Source: the human T2T-CHM13v2.0 reference genome, Homo sapiens. Taken from it: a stretch of 64,000 nt of DNA. Under the pieces are notes generated by a model. That model saw nothing but the letters and a program-made list of their open reading frames with translations, was not told where the DNA came from and searched no databases. Positions 12,513 through 24,187 of this stretch are shown in pieces (the first letter of the stretch is position 1; every line of letters begins with the position of its first letter). The stretch lies in assembly GCF_009914755.1 (NCBI RefSeq), contig NC_060927.1; one strand, 5' to 3'. The position numbers were made by a program, and so were the translations under genes.

Positions 12513-12846
12513 GGCTGCGCATGGTGGCCTGTGGCTCACGTCTGTAGTCCCAACACTTTGGGAGGCTGAGGCAGGTGGATCACAAGGTCAGTAGTTCGAG
12601 ACCAGCCTGACCAACAGGCTGGGGGTGAAACCCCATCTCTACTAAAAATACAAAAATTAGCCACACATGGTGGCGTGCACCTGTAATCCCAGCTACTCAG
12701 GAGGCTGAGGCAGGAGAATCATTTGAACCCAGGAGGCGGAGGTTGCAGTGAGCTAAGATCGCACCAATGCACTCCAGCCTGGGCAGCAGAGCCAGACTCC
12801 ATCTTAAAAAAAAGAGGAAGAAGAAGAAGAAGAAAAAGAAAAAAAA
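12513..12846 (+). mobile_element. Full-length AluS (AluSg-like) with GAA-rich tail
   Basis: Both monomers, A-rich linker and tail aaaaaaaagaggaagaagaag... TSD-like aagaaacatg (12503-12512) / aaaaaacatg (12841-12850). The ggatcacaaggtca form lacks the 2 bp CT. Confidence 0.95.
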
Positions 12847-13819
12847 CATGAACAGTTCATGATTTGTATTGTTTATGCAAAATAGAAATATTCAAGTGAT
12901 CTCAGAGAAGCAAAGCTTCTTCTGACTGAAGCTTCTCTCGTTCTCTCATTTGAGAGAAGCTCCTCCCAAAGAGGGCAGGGAGGGATGTGACAGACTATGG
13001 CCTCAGCAGGCACCCCAACAGCCAGGGTCACTTTCTAACCTCACCTGGACTTACAGAGCGAGCACTTGTTGGCACCTGCCCACGAGGTCCTGAATAAAGA
13101 GCAGAGCCAATATCACTGTAGCCCCCACTCAATCATAGTGGACCCCAGTGTGAAAAAACAGTCCCTCGGCCTCCTCTGGAAGTTGGAACAGACCAGCCTG
13201 TGCCTCCTGGAGCACAGGACAGCCCCATGAAGCCCCAGAAGCTATGAGGGTTTCTGTCCTTGGCCATTTCCCCAGAGAATGTGACAAAAGCAGAGGTTTC
13301 TCAGCTGGCCTAACGTCCTTGACCCAGTACTGCCCATGGGCAGCTCTGCCCTGCCTTGGGCCTGCCTCTCCTGGACAGGGAGTCACCACTCCAGTAGAAA
13401 TTTCCAGATCAGTAGCCTACTGCTAGTCAAGCTCTGGTGCTAGGTGCCCTTGGAAAAGCTGGTGGTCTGAGAGTATTCTTTAAATTGCAGCCACTTCCAT
13501 AATCGTTCCATGGATATGCTAGTATTCTGTTATAGGCTAGTTTCTGAGATATGAAAAGAAATGTTCTGAGGAACTCAGTGACCCAAGCAGACATTTGTAA
13601 TCCAGTTGATGACTACCACAATAATTATGAACACTAACATTTCCTGAGGGTCTCCCAAGTACCAGACACTGTTTGTTCTAAACGTTTTATGGGTATTGAT
13701 TCCCAGAACACTTGTACATGAGGAACGAAAGACTGAAGGAGATGGGAACTTGCGTAAGATCCCAGAGTTAGTGATGAGTAGATTCAGTCCCACTCCAGAG
13801 ATCCAGAACCTTGGAGACT

Positions 13820-14260
13820 GGCAGTCAGGGAAGCCTCCTTGGATGAGGTGATGAGGCCTGAGTAGAATGTTTAAGAATAGGTAGGAACCAGCTAGGAAAA
13901 AGGCAGTAGTGGAAAGGGGATGGGAAAGAGGGAAGTCATTCCAGGCAGATCCAAAAGTGTGAGTGATGAGAGAGGGCTGAGGAATAGCACAGTATTCACT
14001 AGAACTTCAACAAAGCCAGTGTTATGAGTCCCAAACTGCAGGAGGAAAAAGATGGAAGGTGCCAGAGAGGTAGGCAGAGGCCATATCAGAGCCCACCTAT
14101 TAACCATGTTTAGGTGTTTACGTTTTTTTCTGTCAACAATGGGAAGCCACTGAAGGCTCAGGCAAGGGAGCATGATCTCAGCATATGTGGGGTTTAGGAT
14201 GCTCACTCTGGAGACTGGGTAGCATGGGGAAGATGGGAGGAGTACAAAAGTCATGGCAAG
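13820..14260 (-). mobile_element. L2 LINE fragment (its 14035-14260 part is copied into the tandem duplication)
   Basis: gtcagggaagcctccttggatgaggtga...aatgggaagccactgaagg...gcatgatctcag matches antisense L2. Confidence 0.75.
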
Positions 14261-17001
14261 GCAAGATTGACTTTCCAAAACAATGTTTCATGGATTAGAT
14301 ACACACACAGAGTTGCTCTCAATAGCTAATCACTTGTCATTGGGGCAAGCTCAAAAGACCATCTCATATTGGAAAGGCCAGTCTTGACGTACTGTTTGTG
14401 TTGCTTCCTTAGGGTTTTGTCAATCCAGTGATGCAAAAATCTGTCTTCCTGATGTCTTCTCTTTTTCTGATTCTAAATTTACTCTTTGCATCTGCGTAGA
14501 TCTTCTCTGCTCTGAACTGTTCCAGGCAGGCACAGTTTCAGGGTACTAGGCCCCATAGAGCAAAAACACAAAGATGCTGGGCTCAAAAGTCATGCCTTTT
14601 AAAAACTATAAATTAAAGAACCATAGCAATTTCTAGAGTCATCATAGCCTATGAAAAGAGGAGGTGCTAAAATAAGTGGCACAAAAAACTGTGGGGACTG
14701 AGGAGGCTAATCTGATTTTTCAGGATACTGAAACTTTTTATAACCTTTTTATAACCAAGCCACTGCAAATGATCCTCTTCCATTCCTAGGGCATGGCTGG
14801 TAAGAACTAGAGCACCGTGTGAGAAGTTAATAAGACGCCCAATTTATGGAGCACCCACTGGGGGCTATTGTATGTTCATTATCCCTACTTCTCACAACAA
14901 ATTAAATACTATGACCCCATTTCAAAACTAAGGGGACTGGGGCTCAGGGATTTGTCCAAAATCAGTTCATGCTCTTTCCTCCATATCAGCAACTCAGATT
15001 AGAAGACATTCTTGAAAATCATTAAAACAAATTTCTTTCCTTTCCTCCCTCCCTTTACTCCTCATGTCATTTCTGAATAATGACTACTATTTTATTGGAC
15101 AGTTACTGCCCTCCTCCCACCTCTCTGGCTGGTCGAGAGAATTGAGGCCCTTTTGTGATTAAGGAAATTCTCTATCTGCTCACAGGGACAAGCCCATGTT
15201 TCTTGCTTTACCTGTCTTCTTCTGAATCATGCATATTTATGAATATTTCTCCAGCATGTCTGGAGTCCTAAAATGGTTTAGTGGCTGCTGTATTGTATCC
15301 ATACAAGATACTGTGGAATCACCACATTCCTGAGTAATACCCTGTTCTGATTTTCATAGCACAATCCCTGCCAATTTTTCATCTCCATCATGTGGAAGAG
15401 TGGGAAAGAGCAAGAACTTTAGAACTAGACACTCCTAGGTTCAAATCACTGCAGGAGGAAAAAGGTGGAAGGTGCCAGAGAGGTAGGCAGGGGCCATATC
15501 AGAGCCCACCTATTAACCATGTTTAGGTGTTTACGTTTTTTTCTGTCAACAATGGGAAGCCACTGAAGGCTCAGGCAAGGGATCATGATCTCAGCATATG
15601 TGGGGTTTAGGATGCTCACTCTGGAGACTGGGTAGCATGGGGAAGATGGGAGGAGTACAAAAGTCATGGCAAGGCAAGATTGACTTTCCAAAACAATGTT
15701 TCATGGATTAGATACACACACAGAGTTGCTCTCAATAGCTAATCACTTGTCATTGGGGCAAGCTCAAAAGACCATCTCATATTGGAAAGGCCAGTCTTGA
15801 CGTACTGTTTGTGTTGCTTCCTTAGGGTTTTGTCAATCCAGTGATGCAAAAATCTGTCTTCCTGATGTCTTCTCTTTTTCTGATTCTAAATTTACTCTTT
15901 GCATCTGCGTAGATCTTCTCTGCTCTGAACTGTTCCAGGCAGGCACAGTTTCAGGGTACTAGGCCCCATAGAGCAAAAACACAAAGATGCTGGGCTCAAA
16001 AGTCATGCCTTTTAAAAATTATAAATTAAAGAACCATAGCAATTTCTAGAGTCATCATAGCCTATGAAAAGAGGAGGTGCTAAAATAAGTGGCACAAAAA
16101 ACTGTGGGGACTGAGGAGGCTAATCTGATTTTTCAGGATACTGAAACTTTTTATAACCTTTTTATAACCAAGCTTGGTTATAAAGGCTTGGTTATAAGCC
16201 TTTTTATAACCAAGCCACTGCAAATGATCCTCTTCCATTCCTAGGGCATGGCTGGTAAGAACTAGAGCACCGTGTGAGAAGTTAATAAGACGCCCAATTT
16301 ATGGAGCACCCACTGGGGGCTATTGTATGTTCATTATCCCTACTTCTCGCAACAAATTAAATACTATGACCCCATTTCAAAACTAGGGGGACTGGGGCTC
16401 AGGGATTTGTCCAAAATCAGTTCATGCTCTTTCCTCCATATCAGCAACTCAGATTAGAAGACATTCTTGAAAATCATTAAAACAAATTTCTTTCCTTTCC
16501 TCCCTCCCTTTACTCCTCATGTCATTTCTGAATAATGACTACTATTTTATTTGACAGTTACTGCCCTCCTCCCACCTCTCTGGCTGGTCGAGAGAATTGA
16601 GGCCCTTTTGTGATTAAGGAAATTCTCTGCTCACAGGGACAAGCCCATGTTTCTTGCTTTACCTGTCTTCTTCTGAATCATGCATATTTATGAATATTTC
16701 TCCAGCATGTCTGGAGTCCTAAAATGGTTTAGTGGCTGCTGTATTGTATCCATACAAGATACTGTGGAATCACCACATTCCTGAGTAATACCCTGTTCTG
16801 ATTTTCATAGCACAATCCCTGCCAATTTTTCATCTCCATCATGTGGAAGAGTGGGAAAGAGCAAGAACTTTAGAACTAGACACTCCTAGGTTCAAATCAC
16901 TGCAGGAGGAAAAAGGTGGAAGGTGCCAGAGACGTAGGCAGGGGCCACATCAGAGGCCACCTATTAACCATGTTTAGGTGTTTAAGTTTTTTTCTGTCAA
17001 C
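14035..17001. repeat. ~1.4 kb tandem duplication: copy 1 14035-15447, copy 2 15448-16898, partial third copy 16899-17001
   Basis: By-eye alignment shows about 7 substitutions, one 4 bp indel and one 42 bp indel between copies 1 and 2. ORFs 13892..14278 and 15446..15691 are near-identical. Confidence 0.98.
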
Positions 17002-17115
17002 TGATTATTAGCTGGGTGACCTTGGGCAAGACACGTTAATCCTTTAAGCCCGAATCTCTTGTGTATAAAATAAATTGATATTATTTACCTTGTAGTGATG
17101 TTGTAAGAATTTAAT
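16845..17115 (+). mobile_element. MIR interrupted by a ~103 bp L2-derived insert (its 5' piece also occurs at ~15395-15447)
   Basis: gaactttagaactagacactcctaggttcaaatc [insert 16899-17001] tgattattagctgggtgaccttgggcaag follows MIR consensus on both sides. Confidence 0.75.
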
Positions 17116-17200
17116 TATACATCTAAATTATATATTACATATAAATATATATTATATATTTAAATATATATTATATATTTTAGTGTATACATAATATATA
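17110..17200. repeat. AT-rich (TA)n low-complexity tract
   Basis: tatattacatataaatatatattatatatttaaatatatattatatatttt. Confidence 0.85.
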
Positions 17201-18449
17201 TCCTAGCAAACCTAATAGACTCTCAACAAATTATAGCTCCCTTTTGTGACAGAAGAACTTCTAAAGTGGCAAATCTTCATCTGGCCCCACTCAGAGAAAT
17301 GGTTCAGCTGAATCTGTAAGTCAGAAAAATCAGAGTCCAAATTTACTTAATATGGACCATGGGCAGGCAGGTGTCATAGGGAGCAGCAGGGTTCCTATCA
17401 AGTCATAGCCAGCCTTCTCTCAAGGAACAGGCCAGGGCTTTGAGCAGGGACTTCCCTGATGGTCCAGCCTGCTGTGGGGCTGCAGATGCCAGTCGAATCT
17501 CTAAGAGAAGTCTCTAATAAGAAGACCATTCTGCAAGGGCTATCTGTCTAGCACCTTCTTGGCTCAACGAAAGGCTATGGTCACAGCACAGATACCCAAG
17601 GGCGAGTGAGCAATGCCACCCTTTGCTGGGTCCCCTAGCATGTCACCATCTCCTGCCCTGGTAGAGATGCAAGTACAAACAGGTATCTTGTTTAATCAGA
17701 AACCCACCCACAGAGCTGGGAATACCGCAGTTTAAAAAAAAAAAAAAAAAAGAACACCCAAAACCTGCTCTGGAGGTTTTATTGACCCTGCAAGAACTAT
17801 GCTGATGGCTAGGCCAGTGCCCACATTCATGCGCTGTGACAGACCTCCCAATGCTGTGGCACAGACCAGGGTATTAACTGGAGATCCAACACACTCTCCT
17901 GGTCTCTCTACAGGTGGCTGCAGAGAGATTGTGCCCTCTGCTGATTGCCATAGGATACTGTTTATCCATCCCTCTAGAAGAACCTCTTGATTTTCCTAGG
18001 CAGCCCTCATGTGAGGCTCAGAGACCAACCTCCACTGCAGACCTATCATCTACCTCATGCTTTCGATGTGCTAGACCCTGCAGTGATGCTGAGGAAAAGT
18101 CAGTAGCCCCTGCCCTTGAGGTGCTCACAATCTGCTGGAGGATGCAGACGGACAGATAGCAACAGCACAAGACTCTGCTATAGGAGGATGGTGCAGGGGA
18201 TGAGGCTGGAGAAGAGGAGCAGAAAAACCTTTTAAAACATAGATGGTATTTGTAGAACAAGGACCTTGGGTCTTCTCAAATCTGAAACTGATGACTTGCG
18301 AATACCTCATAACTAATCGTGACTCACTAGCGTGAGGCAGCTCCAGGAATAAGCACTCTAAGCTGGTGAGGCCTTCCAGGCAAGAGAGATGCCAACTCAG
18401 ACACTGACTGTGGCATCAACCATGCATATGCCTGGGGGCTCCAAGATCT

Positions 18450-18468
18450 AGCACCAGAGGGTGGTGCT
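18450..18468 (+). promoter_or_regulatory. Candidate CTCF motif (also a 7 bp inverted repeat)
   Basis: aGCACCAGAGGGTGGTgct versus consensus CCASYAGRKGGCRSY gives 2 mismatches. Motif only; no occupancy data. Confidence 0.3.
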
Positions 18469-18619
18469 CTTGGCCTGATGTCACGGCTCAGTGAGACACC
18501 GCTCCTCAGGACTTGGAAGGACAGAAGAGAATTGTGTCACAAGGGTACAAGAGCAGTGAAGGCTGGGGCACAAAGACTCAGTGCTGGCATAATTACAATA
18601 GTAAGAATGATCATCCAAG

Positions 18620-18815
18620 CTATCATATATTTAATATCTTGTAAGTGCTAGAAACTTTATATATATTATCTCATTTAAGACCCACACAGGTAGATATTAA
18701 TTTCCCCATTATTTAAATGAGGAAATGAAGTCTAAGAGGGAAAAGGAAATACTCCAAAGTTGCATTTTGTACTAGAACTGGAATATTACAGTCCACAAAG
18801 CCCATGCTCTTTTAA
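18620..18815 (-). mobile_element. MIR SINE
   Basis: atattatctcatttaagacccacacaggtagatatt...aaatgaggaaatgaagtctaagag. Confidence 0.6.
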
Positions 18816-18874
18816 AGATGCCTTATGACCTTGGGGAAGTGAGAATCAGGCCTGGGAAGTGCTAAATTTTCCCA

Positions 18875-19226
18875 AACAGGCTAAGCTGTTACAGTAACAT
18901 ATGATCCCCAAACCTCAAGCTTCACTGGCTTAACATGACAAGTTTAGTTTTCTCTTATACTCAGTTAGGGAGGTGGGGTGGGGTTTCTGCATAGAATGCT
19001 GCAAGCCACTGAAGTGGAGGAAAAAAAGAGGCTCGAGCATCTTTCAGGATCTTTCACTGCCTCAGCTCAGAATTGCCACACCTCCCTTCCTCTCCTGCCC
19101 ATTGGCCAGAGGTAGTCATGTGACGCTGGCCACCTGTGGTACAAGGTGACTGAGAAGTGTAGCCTCCGCAATGCCCAGGAAGGAAAGGAGAACAGGGTTT
19201 GGTGAGTACTGATAATGACTCCCACA
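18875..19226 (-). mobile_element. MaLR solo LTR (MLT1J-like)
   Basis: caggctaagctgttacagtaaca...ggcttaacatgacaagttt and ccattggccagaggtagtcatgtg...ggaaggaaaggagaacagggtttggtgag. Confidence 0.7.
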
Positions 19227-19724
19227 GCGCTTCACTAAAAAGACAAGTGAAAGAAAAAAGTCCTTTTGGGGAGTGACAGGAGATGATAGTGAGTAAAATG
19301 TAGGCTCGAGAGCCTTCACTCATTTGTCTAACGGGCTTTCAGAACACTAAGGCTAAGTTCTGGGATTCAGGGATAAGAGGCAGAGTCCCTGTGCTCAGGG
19401 GCTACTGGCCACTGTACTATAATAGTGGTGTTACCATTTTGTAAATGATATAGGAGAAAGGCACCAAAGCGCAGTGGGGACCAAAATGAGAGAAGCTGGG
19501 AGGCCTTATGAGTAGGTACCAATGAAGTACACATGTGATGGTCGAAGGTGACAAAGATTGAGCTATCAGTTGGCTAGGGGACACCATGCAAGGGATTTAG
19601 GTGGTTCAGTGTCAACAATAGTGCTCATGAGACATCCAACTCCTGTTTCAGTCCAGACACAGAACAGAACACCCTTATAAAGACATTCAAGTCAGATCAG
19701 GGAAAAGTTAATATACATTTTTCC

Positions 19725-20900
19725 TTAAACCTATGAAAAGATATACTCAGATCCTCATACTAAGAAAAATACAAACTTAAACTACACTAAGATGGGATTT
19801 GTCATTTATCAGATTGGCAAAAATCCTGACATCTGATGGCATACTGTATTGTTGAGGAATTGAGACAAGCTGCATTCATACCCTGGTGGAAGGAGTATGT
19901 GTTGATATAATCTCTAGCAATGGAGAAGTTGGCAACATTTATCCAAGTTAAAAGTGCATATACTCTTTGACCTAGCAATTTCACTTGTAGTGATGTATCC
20001 TACAGATGTGTTTGCACAAGATTATTCCTTCTGACACCGTCAGTAAAAGATGACAAATAACCCAAATGTCCATATTGGGAAACTGGTTTTAAAGATTACA
20101 GTTTATCTATACAATGGAATACACCTACTAAAAAAGAATAAGGAAGCTTGTCATGTACTGATACAGAAAGAGCTCCAAGATATGAGCCAAGTGAAAAATA
20201 AAGTGTGATACATTATGTATGAGGTACTTTTGATATAAGAAAGAAAAAAATGGAAATCTATATTCACTGATTATATATTTATAAGAATACTTGAGTATAA
20301 CTGTCAGGATAAGCTAAGTTATGCTACAGTAACAAATTATTTAATATCTAAGTGGCTTATACAACCAAATTTTATTTATTGCTCATACTTCATGTCCATT
20401 ATAGATTGGCTGCAGCTCTGATCCATACCTCCCTCACTGTGAGATGCAAGCCGATGGACTAGCCCCTAAAGGAATGTTGCCAGTTTCATGGCAGAGAGAA
20501 AGGGATGTGGCAAACCATGAACTGGTTATTAAATCTTCCATAGCGTATGAATCAATCAATATTTCTGCCCACATTTAGTTGACCAAGCAAGTAACATGAC
20601 CTCTGCTGAGTGCACAGGGCAAAAACATATATCCTGCAGGGAAGGGTACCATAAGTCATACGATCAAGCCTATTAACAATAGGGCAAACATGTATAAGTG
20701 TCCCACGGGAGGGAAAGCAACTAATTTTGAACAATAATGCAATTTACCACTAAGAAACTAACATAATAATGAGTACTTGTGGGATGGGACTGTGGAAACT
20801 GGGTGGATGGGAGATAGAAATGAGATAGCTACTTTTCACCTAGCACATGTGTACATTTGAACCATGTGAATATATTATCTATTCAAAAGGGTAAATACTT
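19725..20900 (+). mobile_element. Ancient L1 (L1ME-like) 3' region, split by an LTR at ~20298-20750
   Basis: atcagattggcaaaaat...ctttgacctagcaatttcact...aacccaaatgtcca...tacaatggaatac. Resumes after 20750 with tgaaccatgtgaatatatta. Confidence 0.75.
20298..20750 (-). mobile_element. MaLR solo LTR (MLT1J-like) inserted in the L1ME
   Basis: gtcaggataagctaagttatgctacagtaacaaa...agtggctta is the reverse complement of the MLT1J 3' end. Confidence 0.7.
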
Positions 20901-21842
20901 TTAAGTTAGGTAGCTACTTAAAAAAAATCCATGTCTCCCTTTCCTGTGCCATGAGCATTCGATATATACTCTGAATTCACAGGTATGTTTCTGATATTTT
21001 ATTGATAGCATTTCCTAATAATTCTTGCTCAAACGAGTGTCAAAGTCAATAATTCAGGGCAGTACAAAGGCAGTTTTCCCTGCCTCATTCCAAGAAGAGT
21101 AACTGCTGTGGGGACATGGAGAGGGCAAGGATCTATGTCCAGCTTGAGTACCCAAGTGACTCAGTGGGGAGAATCGCCGCTACATGGCCTTTGGCAAGTG
21201 TGGGATACCAGGGACTTTGGATGAAATGGATAGATAACAAACCCAGGGCTGCTGGCAGATGTGTAAGCAGCAGTTGTGTACAACTCATGGGAAACCAGAG
21301 TTTAGCACTTGAAAAGGAAGACAAAAAATTAGATCTGAGAGAGAAAGAAAGCCATTAACTGAAAAATGAGCTTGAAGGTTGGAAGCTAAGAAGATAGGGC
21401 ATGGGTCAGAAAATGGAGTGCAAGATGAATTTGGGGAGCAGTTCAAGGGCAAAGACAAAGACAGCAAAAGGAGTGAAAACGCAAGTTCTGAGTGGTCCAG
21501 ACCACCCGGCTAGCACAGAGCATGGACCACTGTTCGCCAAGGGCTGGGCTGTGAGAGCACCGTGGCTGGGTTTTCAATATTCCTTCCTGTGGCTCAGACC
21601 GATATTACCAGGCACAGTCCCTGGAAAGACCTCATAGGAAAGGGCCGCAAAGCCCACCAGAGAGTAGGAGGAAATGCTTGAGAGTTTAAACACTATCATT
21701 TGTACACACAACTGTGTCACTGGCAGATGCTCTAGAGGTGTTTATGGTGACCCTTGGTGCCCTGTATGGACAGGAAGTGCTCCCATAAAACCATGTACAT
21801 CACTGACCATTCTCTTCCATGATGCTCACTTTTGTCTTCCAG

Positions 21843-21991
21843 TATCACTTCAACCCCTCGCAGTCCATCCTGGTGATGGAAGGTGACGACATTGGGAACA
21901 TTAACCGTGCTCTCCAGAAAGTCTCCTACATCAACTCCAGGCAGTTCCCAACGGCGGGTGTGCGGCGCCTCAAAGTATCCTCCAAAGTCCA
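21843..21991 (+). CDS. CLSTN2: Calsyntenin-2 coding exon (probably exon 11), 149 bp, YHFNPSQSILVMEGDD...LKVSSKV(Q)
   Basis: Acceptor ttttgtcttccag|TAT and donor CA|gtgagt. Translated by hand; this frame is absent from the ORF track. Continues GIK in phase 0 and matches calsyntenin sequence. Confidence 0.95.
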
Positions 21992-23199
21992 GTGAGTGGA
22001 CGCTGGTCAGCCTGGGGCCAACTGAGGCAGCAGTTGGGAAGGTCCCAACTGAGGTCCCTTGGGAATGTTCCCTCACAAAACAGGAGTTGCCTTTCGTCAG
22101 CTGTCCTCAACTTCTGCTATTCCTCTGAGGATGCCTCAAAGGATCTGTGTTCTTGTTTTCTTCCTAAGCAAGATGTTCTGTTGTTTTACCACCTTGAATC
22201 CACCTTTCTCTATCTTGTATCTTATCTAATGCCTAGAAGGTACTACTTTCTATAAATTCTCAGAGAGCTAGGAATTTGAAGTGATCTGGGTGTGCGTTTG
22301 AAGTGTTCTGATTTAAGGGCGCAGTGCGTGGTACACAGGAAGTCCTTGACAAATGTTTATTAAATTGAATTAAGTTAACCAACCCAGCTATGTAGAGTTC
22401 CTAAATCCCTTAGGTATGCCAGAAAAACAGAAGGCATGGTTCTTGTTTCCAAGGATCAGAATTAAATTAGAGGATTACTGAAGCCTTTGGACAACTCACT
22501 CACTGGCCTATCAAATCACTTCTCAGCCACAGTGGCTACCTTGGAGGGCTGCTAGGAGGGGGATCCCAGAAAATTCCTGGAAGGTAGAAGTGCAGTCATG
22601 CTGCACCTAGAGTCGGGAGAAGGACTCAGAAAGAGAGGAACAAGGGTGGGAAAGATGGATCTGCTGACTGCCACATTGTTGGAGCCTGGGACAGGCACCA
22701 GAAAAAAACCCCGCAGATGGTAGTTACATTCAATAGTTCTAGAACAATGGAGGGGTGCTCCACCCTTACAGGCTTAGGGGTAGGAAACAGGTACCTCCAG
22801 GTCGTTGCCACATTAGAGTGAAGATGAGAGAACAAATTGGCCTGCGTCCTGCTGAGACCAGGCTTCTGCAAACTGAAGAAAGGTCGGGAGTGCTGTGGGG
22901 TTGGCCTGGCACAAGTGGGAGAAAACTGGGAAGAGGAGGAGGCCACCACAGCTCCCACATTTCACCCACCCGTAGAAGAGGATGGAGTAGCTCAGCATGG
23001 AATCCACCCAGACTACCATTTCCTTGAGAACTTTCCCAAGGCATGTAAGGTGATGGCTGTCACCAGCTGAACCCCACCTAGCACTCCCAGAGCATCTATC
23101 TGGCTCTGGGGTCCCCCGTTGTAACCTACATCTAGATGACCAGGGGAGAGGGCTAATGACATAATGCCCCCATGAGGTCTGACGAGAAGTTCAAATCAA

Positions 23200-23435
23200 C
23201 CAGTGCTTACTGAGCTCAAACCATGATGCAAGCTCTGGTCAGCTTCTTTTCTATATATGTCTGCATTTAATCCTTTACTATAGGACAAAATTATTGTTAT
23301 CTCCACTGTATAGATGAAGAAACTGAGGTTCACAGGAGTCAAGTGCCTTGTCCACATTTACCCAGCCCAGAAGTGTCAGAGCCAGGCCATGGATCCTTGT
23401 CTGTCTCAGACCTCGCTCTTTTGGTCACACCATTT
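23200..23435 (-). mobile_element. MIR SINE
   Basis: atagatgaagaaactgaggttcacaggagtcaagtgccttgtccac. Confidence 0.7.
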
Positions 23436-23969
23436 CTGCCTCCCAGATAATTGTGTGGCAGTGTATCAGGAGAAAGGAGGATGATTACAATAGCACTTTG
23501 CTCTCACACCTAGAAAAGGCACACGTGTGTGATATCCACATAGAGATATATCGTATAAGCAGAGGCAGGAGAGTTTAGCCCTGGGGTCTCAATTAGTAAG
23601 ACGGGTGTAACCAACCAGTTAGACAACAATTTGCTTACCAAATACTAAAGCACATAACAAGCAGTTGCTATCTAATTAATGTTGTCATTGATTTCTTTGT
23701 TAAAGGATAATGAAAGGTTTCATGGTTACGTGTTGCTCATATAGAAAATTCCCATTTCTCTCAGGAGCCAATCTTTCAAGTCCCTAGATCACTAGTGGTT
23801 TTGATTATAATGTGGCTTTAAATTTGAATGTCTGTTGACATCCTCAGAGACACTTACGCAGTCACGATGCCTTGTTAAGAACTGGAGGTGGCAACCCCTT
23901 GTTCCTGGCTGTATGACAGATGGTTTAATTGTTTGCTCATCAGTGCCATGACCGAGAATGTTTTCCCAG

Positions 23970-24187
23970 GTGCTTTGGGGAAGACGTATGCATCAGTATC
24001 CCTGAGGTAGATGCCTATGTGATGGTCCTCCAGGCCATCGAGCCCCGGATCACCCTCCGGGGCACAGACCACTTCTGGAGACCTGCTGCCCAGTTTGAAA
24101 GTGCCAGGGGAGTGACCCTCTTCCCTGATATCAAGATTGTGAGCACCTTCGCCAAAACCGAAGCCCCCGGGGACGTGAAAACCACAG
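23970..24187 (+). CDS. CLSTN2: Calsyntenin-2 coding exon (probably exon 12), 218 bp, CFGEDVCISIPEVD...PGDVKTT
   Basis: Acceptor ttttcccag|G and donor CAG|gtacag. Lies inside ORF 23929..24354. CA+G gives Gln across the junction. Confidence 0.95.

Noticed and set aside
13892-15691. Two near-identical minus-strand ORFs (128 aa and 81 aa) that look like paralogous genes
   Set aside because: They are L2-derived sequence copied by the tandem duplication, with non-ATG starts and no gene structure.
17731-17751. Solo A18 tract as a severely truncated retroposon
   Set aside because: No element body or TSD visible; treated as a mononucleotide repeat.
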